The translations under genes and the position numbers were made by a program. This document shows positions 26,317 through 32,000 of a stretch of 32,000 nucleotides of DNA, in pieces (position 1 is the first letter of the stretch; the number at the start of each line of letters is the position of its first letter). Source of the DNA: Candidatus Thorarchaeota archaeon (GTDB lineage Archaea > Asgardarchaeota > Heimdallarchaeia > Hodarchaeales > Hodarchaeaceae). The notes under the pieces were generated by a model. It did no database searches, was not told the origin of the DNA, and worked only from the letters and a program-made list of their open reading frames with translations. Location: contig JBHLRO010000001.1 of NCBI GenBank assembly GCA_048882505.1, positions 120,001 to 152,000 of the forward strand. The letters run 5' to 3'.

Positions 26317-27102
26317 TTAATCCCCCGCCTTAGCTGCGATTAAAGCCGCTCCGAGGGCACCGATCATCTGTGGACCAGGAGAATCAGGAATTTCAATTGT
26401 TTTCTCTATCTGGGCCTCTAACATAGATTTAACTCCGGAATTGTAAGCAACACCTCCGGTTAGAGCTACAACTGGTTCTACCCCAACCCTAGCTGCATAG
26501 GTTCCGATTTTTTTGGCGATCGCCTGACAAATTCCAGCAATTACATCAATACGGCTGACTCCTTGGTTTATTTTAGATATTGTCTCTGATTCCGCAAAAA
26601 CTGTACATGTATTCGATATGGAGGTTGGATTGGTCGATTGGATAGCGATTTTGCCGAAATTTTCTAAATCAACTTCCAAAGCATTAGCCATTACTTCAAT
26701 GAAGCGCCCTGTACCCGCAGCACACTTCTCATTCATTGTGAAATCTTGTACTCTTCCCTGACCATTAATCTTAATCACTTTTGAATCCTGTCCCCCTATG
26801 TCAATAATTGTACGGATATTCTGGTTTGTGTAATGGGCCCCAATTGCATGGCAAGTAATTTCAGTTACTTGGCGCGTAGCATTTTCTACTAACTTGCGGC
26901 CATACCCTGTCGATATAACCGTTTGGAAAGATTGTCCGATGACAGATTCAGCTTCCTCTAGCATTTCTTTGGCGATTTTTGCTGGATTGTACCCGACGCG
27001 AATGATTTTTTGATAACGTAGATCGGGTTCGTTTGATGTCACACCTAGCACGACGATCTTTGCCGTAAGTGACCCCACGTCTAGTCCTGCAACGTAATTC
27101 AT
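26317..27102 (-). CDS. 2-hydroxyacyl-CoA dehydratase activator (HgdC/HadI/BadG-type ASKHA ATPase, [4Fe-4S])
   Basis: GLDVGSLTAK, STGYGR, EITCHA, IDIGGQDSK, MNEKCAAGTGRF, CTVFAESE, GGVAYN, GALGAAL. Confidence 0.92.
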   Translation of the reverse strand: MNYVAGLDVGSLTAKIVVLGVTSNEPDLRYQKIIRVGYNPAKIAKEMLEEAESVIGQSFQTVISTGYGRKLVENATRQVTEITCHAIGAHYTNQNIRTIIDIGGQDSKVIKINGQGRVQDFTMNEKCAAGTGRFIEVMANALEVDLENFGKIAIQSTNPTSISNTCTVFAESETISKINQGVSRIDVIAGICQAIAKKIGTYAARVGVEPVVALTGGVAYNSGVKSMLEAQIEKTIEIPDSPGPQMIGALGAALIAAKAGD

Positions 27103-27150
27103 TAGACATTCGTACCTTAGATTATATTTATGAGTAAACGGGTAGCCAAG

Positions 27151-29148
27151 TTAGGAACAATATATGCATCGCGATTGGCTTCCCATATGGTCTTCTGATT
27201 TACAATACCAACGCTGGCAACGTTTACACTGATCGAATTCGGAGAAATAGTCAAGAACTATATCCTTTTGAGCCATACTCTGCCTTAGTTTAATTATTGC
27301 TGAGTCTCGTACAGAATTAGGTATTACCAAATCACTGATGCGTTGCAAAAATAGTAATTCATCATGGGGATTAGGTTCCACGCCTTTTTTAACGAATTGT
27401 TCGAATTTTTGTAACAAATCGGTCAAATGGGCAGTAAGAACGATTATTTCGTCAATTGAAGAATCACTGTCATATGGGTGATCATAGAATTGAAACTGCT
27501 GCGAGAGTGATTGGAGTGTAACCCACATGGACGGATCATCGAATATTTCTAGTGCTAGCGAGCATTTACGGCCCGCACAACGAAAACCAATGTTAAACAT
27601 CTCCTTATCTCTGCCACTTGCAAAATAACTAGGTATTGGTAAGAGGCGATATAAAAGGCGGTAATTGTTTACAAGGTCATTATACAATGATCTGGCTTTC
27701 TGATGAACTTTAAGATATAGTATGGAATTTTTTTTAACAAGCGATTGTTTACGAATTCTCAACTGCGACTGTAGAAGATCATCATCTTCTGTTTCCAAAA
27801 TTTGCTTCTCCAGAAGTCGTAAGGCTCTAACTGAATTCTTTAGCTGACCATGGGTGATTTTAATATCGTCGATTTGAAGAAAAAGTGGATCTGTGTCAGA
27901 GAGAGTAACAAGCACTTGGAACTCTGATAATGCATCAGAGATAGCTTTACGAGTTTTAGCTTGTCTCTCATCCAAGGAGGGCAGATTTCTAATGTACGGT
28001 TTCAATGGGAGGAAGAGGTCTTTAATTTGCTGTTGGACATCATTAATACGAGATTGTTCCAATTCACTTATCTGTGACCTTTGGGAAACTGCTAGGATTT
28101 GCTTTCCCGCCTTGGTTCCAATTCGGCCATCAATTTGCTTATTTGCGATAAGATACTCAAGGGCCATTGATAGGACTTCTCGGGGCAATTTTAGGCGACG
28201 CCGTAAATACCCAATAGAGATTTCATCTACATGGTATTTTTCGATAACCATCTTAATTTCGTTTTCAAGAGAAGTTAATGTTTGGGCATCAAAAGCACTT
28301 AAAGATTGAATTTCCTCTTCAGTGATGTCGCCTTCGAATTCTTGTTGGATTTCTTCCAATACTCTTTCTCGTTCGTCGTCTCTTACCTCGGGTACGTTTA
28401 CTCCATAGAGTACTGGATCCACTATCTTACGGTAAAACGTCATGAGTTCTTCTTCAAGTCCAATGTCTTCTAATTTCGTATCATGTTGTGTAACAGCGAG
28501 AGCCAAGTCTTGAGAAGGATTAAATGCTACATTTAACGCGAGACGCTCATCTCCTTGTATTATGCAATTTTCCACGCCCCCAGCGTTTACTTCCATATCA
28601 ATTCTCTCCACCAAACTTAGTAAACTTGTTATTGAGATGGCAAAGAGGAAGTCATCCATTTCTTTCCCTTCTGGATAGGCCACCCAAACCGGAAATCCCG
28701 CAGACGCAATGAGCCCGACAATTTGATATTTATCGGAATATCCCTGGTGAAATATGTGCTTCAATAAAACCTTCAATACATCCAGGGGATCAAACGTAAC
28801 GTCATGGAGAAGAAGGAGAAGAAGTGTTGGAGTGAATTCTGCACCAATTGAAAAAATGGAGATTGATTGTTTCCGACTCTTGATAGAGACGGTATGCCAT
28901 CTATCCAATTGTAGTTCATTACTCAATATCTGGGTAATTACTCCCCAAGCTTGTAGTAAAAGTCCCGCCCACATGTCGATAGTTGATTCATCACCGCTCG
29001 ATACGGTTTTATCAGATGAGTCACCTGCTCGCGCCAGGATCAGGTTTTTTACTTCCGAATCCCTAATATCACCTTTGAGTACATGAAAAGCTTCACCAAC
29101 AATCTTACTCCAGTTTTCTATTCCCATCTTTTTTTCCAATATCCTCAT
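27151..29148 (-). CDS. Multidomain protein: two roadblock-like domains, PCI-like winged helix, helical region, C-terminal Cys/His finger
   Basis: The second domain (YQIVGLIASAGFPVWV) resembles the neighbouring roadblock start (HIHLISLTTPEGLPIL). EISIGYLRRRLKLPREVLSMALEYLIANKQIDGRI is PCI-like. The C-terminus is CKRCQRWYCKSEDHMGSQSRCIYC. The start overlaps the upstream stop (ATGA); alternative ATG at 29127. Confidence 0.7.
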   Translation of the reverse strand: MRILEKKMGIENWSKIVGEAFHVLKGDIRDSEVKNLILARAGDSSDKTVSSGDESTIDMWAGLLLQAWGVITQILSNELQLDRWHTVSIKSRKQSISIFSIGAEFTPTLLLLLLHDVTFDPLDVLKVLLKHIFHQGYSDKYQIVGLIASAGFPVWVAYPEGKEMDDFLFAISITSLLSLVERIDMEVNAGGVENCIIQGDERLALNVAFNPSQDLALAVTQHDTKLEDIGLEEELMTFYRKIVDPVLYGVNVPEVRDDERERVLEEIQQEFEGDITEEEIQSLSAFDAQTLTSLENEIKMVIEKYHVDEISIGYLRRRLKLPREVLSMALEYLIANKQIDGRIGTKAGKQILAVSQRSQISELEQSRINDVQQQIKDLFLPLKPYIRNLPSLDERQAKTRKAISDALSEFQVLVTLSDTDPLFLQIDDIKITHGQLKNSVRALRLLEKQILETEDDDLLQSQLRIRKQSLVKKNSILYLKVHQKARSLYNDLVNNYRLLYRLLPIPSYFASGRDKEMFNIGFRCAGRKCSLALEIFDDPSMWVTLQSLSQQFQFYDHPYDSDSSIDEIIVLTAHLTDLLQKFEQFVKKGVEPNPHDELLFLQRISDLVIPNSVRDSAIIKLRQSMAQKDIVLDYFSEFDQCKRCQRWYCKSEDHMGSQSRCIYCS

Positions 29149-29540
29149 ATCATGGATCGTAGTTCAGTATTAATCTTTTCCGCAATTAGGTTAGGACTCC
29201 CGCCAGGTTTCGTTACTACAAGAGTTATAAGTGATGATGAAACCGCGATAGCCACGTCTCTGGATTTACCTTGGACGTGAATTGAACGAACGTGCTCTTC
29301 GCTTAAAGTTGAAAGTGTCCGTTCTCCAAGTGAGGTGCTCGCGCCAGCCAAGGCCGCATATCGATTCGTTATGGCCTGATCGGTAATCTCTATAACCTCA
29401 TTATCCGACTCTGAACGAGCAAGTGTGAGAATAGGGAGACCTTCAGGTGTTGTTAACGATATAAGATGAATGTGGTCATGGTTCTTTAACACTTCGACCA
29501 CCAAATTCTTAATCTGGGTTCTAACTTCGCCTTTGAGCAC
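29145..29540 (-). CDS. Roadblock/LC7 (LAMTOR/MglB-like) domain protein
   Basis: 131 aa with the helix-beta-beta(T.EGLPI)-helix(YAALAGASTSLGERT)-beta3-helix pattern. GTG start. Confidence 0.8.
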   Translation of the reverse strand: MLKGEVRTQIKNLVVEVLKNHDHIHLISLTTPEGLPILTLARSESDNEVIEITDQAITNRYAALAGASTSLGERTLSTLSEEHVRSIHVQGKSRDVAIAVSSSLITLVVTKPGGSPNLIAEKINTELRSMI

Positions 29541-29627
29541 TTTCCAGCACCAACTCGCCTATGAAGGCCGTATTAGGCAAAATTAATTCAGGCTCCACTA
29601 TCTTCCGATATAATTTAAATGTTGAAA

Positions 29628-30767
29628 TCAAGATATTAGCCTGCATATTCCTCTCTTCTCGAAAATCTGAACATCATCTTGTGAATATCCGATCTCCTCA
29701 AGAATCGAACGAGTGTCCTCCCCAAGTCTGGGGGGAGGTGAGACGATAACATCATCCTTTATGTATGGGGACTTAATCAAAGGTATCTTTCCTAGGCTGG
29801 GGTGATTTATGGGACTTACAGCACTTCGTGCGCTTAAAGCTTCTTTTACGGTGAGAATAGGGGCCCCTGGAACGTCATATTTTTCAAATAATTCCATCCA
29901 TTCCCCTAATGGCCGTTGGCCAAAGATAGAGGGGAGAATTGAATTCAGATAATCAGTATCGAATTGTTTTTCTGTAAGTTCGGGCTGGCTAATCGCTTCG
30001 CAAAAATTCTTCCAAAATTTAAATTCCAACGGGGCAAAAGATAGAAATTGGTTATCCTCTGTTCGAAATATTCTATAATATGGTTGGAAGCCGGACAAAA
30101 AGTGGTCCTCTCTTTCAGGTTCTCCAAGACCAACGAGGTAGGTTGCAGCAACAATCGATAACCACGAAATCAAATGGTCAGTCATCGAAACGTGGATATA
30201 TTGAGATTCATCCTTTCGTTGATAAAGTGCGGCCAAAATAGAAATCACTGCTGGTAAAGCGCCTCCACCTATGTCACCTATTTGTACACCTGGAGGTATT
30301 GGTCGTTCACGAGGACCTGTGATATGAAGGACTCCACTCATTGCTAGATAGTTAAGGTCATGGCCAGCCCTTGTGTCATTTGGGCCATACCCAGTTAAGG
30401 AGCAGTAGATGATCTTTGGCTGGATTTGTCGTATGGAATTATAACCAATCTGTAATCGGTCTGCCGTCCCAGGCCGAAATCCTTCGATAACAACGTCTGC
30501 AGTCGTGGCTAACCTATAAAAGATTTCTCGTCCTTTCTTGCTTTTTAAATCCAGAGATATCGATCTTTTATTACGGTTTAATAACGAAAAAACCATGGAT
30601 TCGCTTTCTATGAAAGGGGGGTAGTGTCGTGTTTGGTCACCATTCAAATTTTCAACTTTAATTACTTCTGCTCCCATATCACCTAGGATTTGGGTTGCAA
30701 AAGGCCCTGGAAGGTTGCTTGTTAAATCCAAAACTCTTATTCCTTTCAAAGCGTTTCTTAAGGGCAT
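29628..30767 (-). CDS. Family III CoA-transferase (CaiB/BaiF/AMACR-like)
   Basis: LKGIRVLDLT..LPGP, GAEVIKVE, NRNKRSI.LDLK, EGFRPG, SLTGYG, GHDLNY, PP.LGEDT. The ORF is open from 30950, but the family fold begins at ATG 30767. Confidence 0.92.
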   Translation of the reverse strand: MPLRNALKGIRVLDLTSNLPGPFATQILGDMGAEVIKVENLNGDQTRHYPPFIESESMVFSLLNRNKRSISLDLKSKKGREIFYRLATTADVVIEGFRPGTADRLQIGYNSIRQIQPKIIYCSLTGYGPNDTRAGHDLNYLAMSGVLHITGPRERPIPPGVQIGDIGGGALPAVISILAALYQRKDESQYIHVSMTDHLISWLSIVAATYLVGLGEPEREDHFLSGFQPYYRIFRTEDNQFLSFAPLEFKFWKNFCEAISQPELTEKQFDTDYLNSILPSIFGQRPLGEWMELFEKYDVPGAPILTVKEALSARSAVSPINHPSLGKIPLIKSPYIKDDVIVSPPPRLGEDTRSILEEIGYSQDDVQIFEKRGICRLIS

Positions 30768-31185
30768 AAATCTTCGAAATATCCACAATTTCTTTCCTAA
30801 ATAAAGTCGATCCATGGGAAATGACGGTTTTTCCTTAGACTCAGAATATCGGAACTCACTATTTTTTTTGCCATCGCTCCTCTTCCTCCCCTTTCTTATT
30901 TTAGGATGCAAACAGACCATTTTCGGATCATGAGTGACTCTTCCAACCAATATGGATTGACTTTCTCTTAAAGTAACGTAGATAGATGGTGATGTGCTTA
31001 AAAGAACGAACTTGTCAGGGCAAAATGGAGTTGAAATTAAGGATGGATCGTATTCCTACTAATTAATTTTGAGATTAGGGACTATATTACTCGTATGGGG
31101 CAGTTAAAATCATCTTATATGAATTCCATCCAGAAGAACATTAAACCAGCCTTTTCTCCGGCTACAAAGGAGGAGATTACGCTTT

Positions 31186-32000
31186 ATGTCCACTGAAGAA
31201 TCAGGTTCATACGCTGATAATGCAGACGAAATCGAAACGTTCAACGTTGATAAAGAAAAGGACTTTTCTAATTGGTTTACCAAGATTGTTCACCAAGCTG
31301 AGCTCGCTGATATGCGATATAATGTAAAGGGATTTATAGTTTATCGCCCATGGTCAACAATTGCCATGAAACTCATGTTCGATATTTATGAGGGGGAACT
31401 AGATAAATTTGGTCATGCCCCTGTAATTTTTCCTTCAGTTATTCCGGAAAGCAATTTTCAAGTTGAAGCTGAGCACGTCGAAGGTTTTGCCCCTGAAGTG
31501 TTTTGGATATCCTCTGCAGGAAGTAGTGGGAAGCTTGAAGAACGTCTGGCTTTAAGGCCAACTTCCGAGACAGCTATGTATCCACTTTATTCGTTGTGGA
31601 TTAGAAGCTGGCGAGATCTTCCCCTAAAACTGTATCAGAGTGGAAAAGTTTGGCGATATGAAGGTAAATCAACCCGACCATTTTTGCGAGGTCGAGAGTT
31701 CATTTGGATCGAGAGTCACGACGTTTTTGCAACATTGGAGGAAGCGAAAGCACAGACCAGGGAGGATATGCAAATTTCGCGAAACTGCTTGACGGAGCAA
31801 TTTGGGATCCCGTTCATTGGATTCCAACGTCCTGAGTGGGATAAATTCGCAGGGGCCGTCCATACATATGCCGCTGACACTCTTATGCCAGATGGTCGTT
31901 TTCTCCAACTTCCTTCAACTCACCTCTTGGGAGATAAATTTGCCCAAGCGTTCGGTATCAATTTTACTGATGCAGCTGGAGAATCTCATATTGCGTTTCA
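31186..32000 (+). CDS. proS: Prolyl-tRNA synthetase, archaeal/eukaryote-type (5' part; runs off the window)
   Basis: Not in the ORF track because it has no stop in the window. Manual translation gives FSNWF, VKGFIVYRPW, EAEHVEGFAPEVFW, LALRPTSET, DLPLKLYQ, RYE..TRPFLRGREF.W.ESH, KFAGA, STHLLG. AGGAGG lies upstream. Confidence 0.96.
   Translation, partial: MSTEESGSYADNADEIETFNVDKEKDFSNWFTKIVHQAELADMRYNVKGFIVYRPWSTIAMKLMFDIYEGELDKFGHAPVIFPSVIPESNFQVEAEHVEGFAPEVFWISSAGSSGKLEERLALRPTSETAMYPLYSLWIRSWRDLPLKLYQSGKVWRYEGKSTRPFLRGREFIWIESHDVFATLEEAKAQTREDMQISRNCLTEQFGIPFIGFQRPEWDKFAGAVHTYAADTLMPDGRFLQLPSTHLLGDKFAQAFGINFTDAAGESHIAF

Noticed and set aside
27893-29086. + strand ORFs 27893-28309, 28524-28712, 28754-29086
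   Set aside because: They are antisense shadows of the 665-aa multidomain gene.
30768-30950. 61-aa N-terminal extension of the CoA-transferase in the ORF track
   Set aside because: Low-complexity basic sequence upstream of where the family fold begins; probably an open intergenic frame.
1-32000. CRISPR arrays, tRNA/rRNA genes, IS elements, integrases, inteins
   Set aside because: None was recognised by eye. Intergenic gaps are short (<~370 nt) and show no repeat-spacer or cloverleaf pattern. A covariance-model scan was not possible.

Overview
Gene-dense archaeal window. It is most likely from an Asgard (Heimdallarchaeia/Hodarchaeales-like) archaeon; this is inferred from roadblock, PCI-like and Ras-like proteins alongside archaeal-type ProRS and AsnA. 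Housekeeping and metabolic genes are tupB, tupA, a tungsten aldehyde:ferredoxin oxidoreductase, purH, tatC, an Lrp/AsnC-asnA pair, cyclophilin, Thr/Ser dehydratase, an HgdC-type activator, a family III CoA-transferase and a partial proS. They are interleaved with accessory genes. Strongest candidate for an undescribed system: a tight 3-gene operon (~1100-4770) of a compact PUA-less TGT-fold transglycosylase, a protein with ~4 tandem winged-helix domains, and a Zn-finger/YaaA(DUF328/DUF6884)-like protein. It parallels DpdA/DpdC of 7-deazaguanine DNA modification. Other items of interest: two orphan adenine DNA methyltransferases (one an HsdM fused to a single HsdS TRD), a Ras/Rab-like pseudo-GTPase beside a coiled-coil-wHTH protein, a roadblock + roadblock2-PCI-like-Zn finger gene pair, a Cys-substituted YbjQ, and at least two genes lacking an ATG/GTG/TTG start at the expected place. 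No rRNA, tRNA, CRISPR array or IS element was recognised. All family calls are by eye from motifs; no database searches were run.
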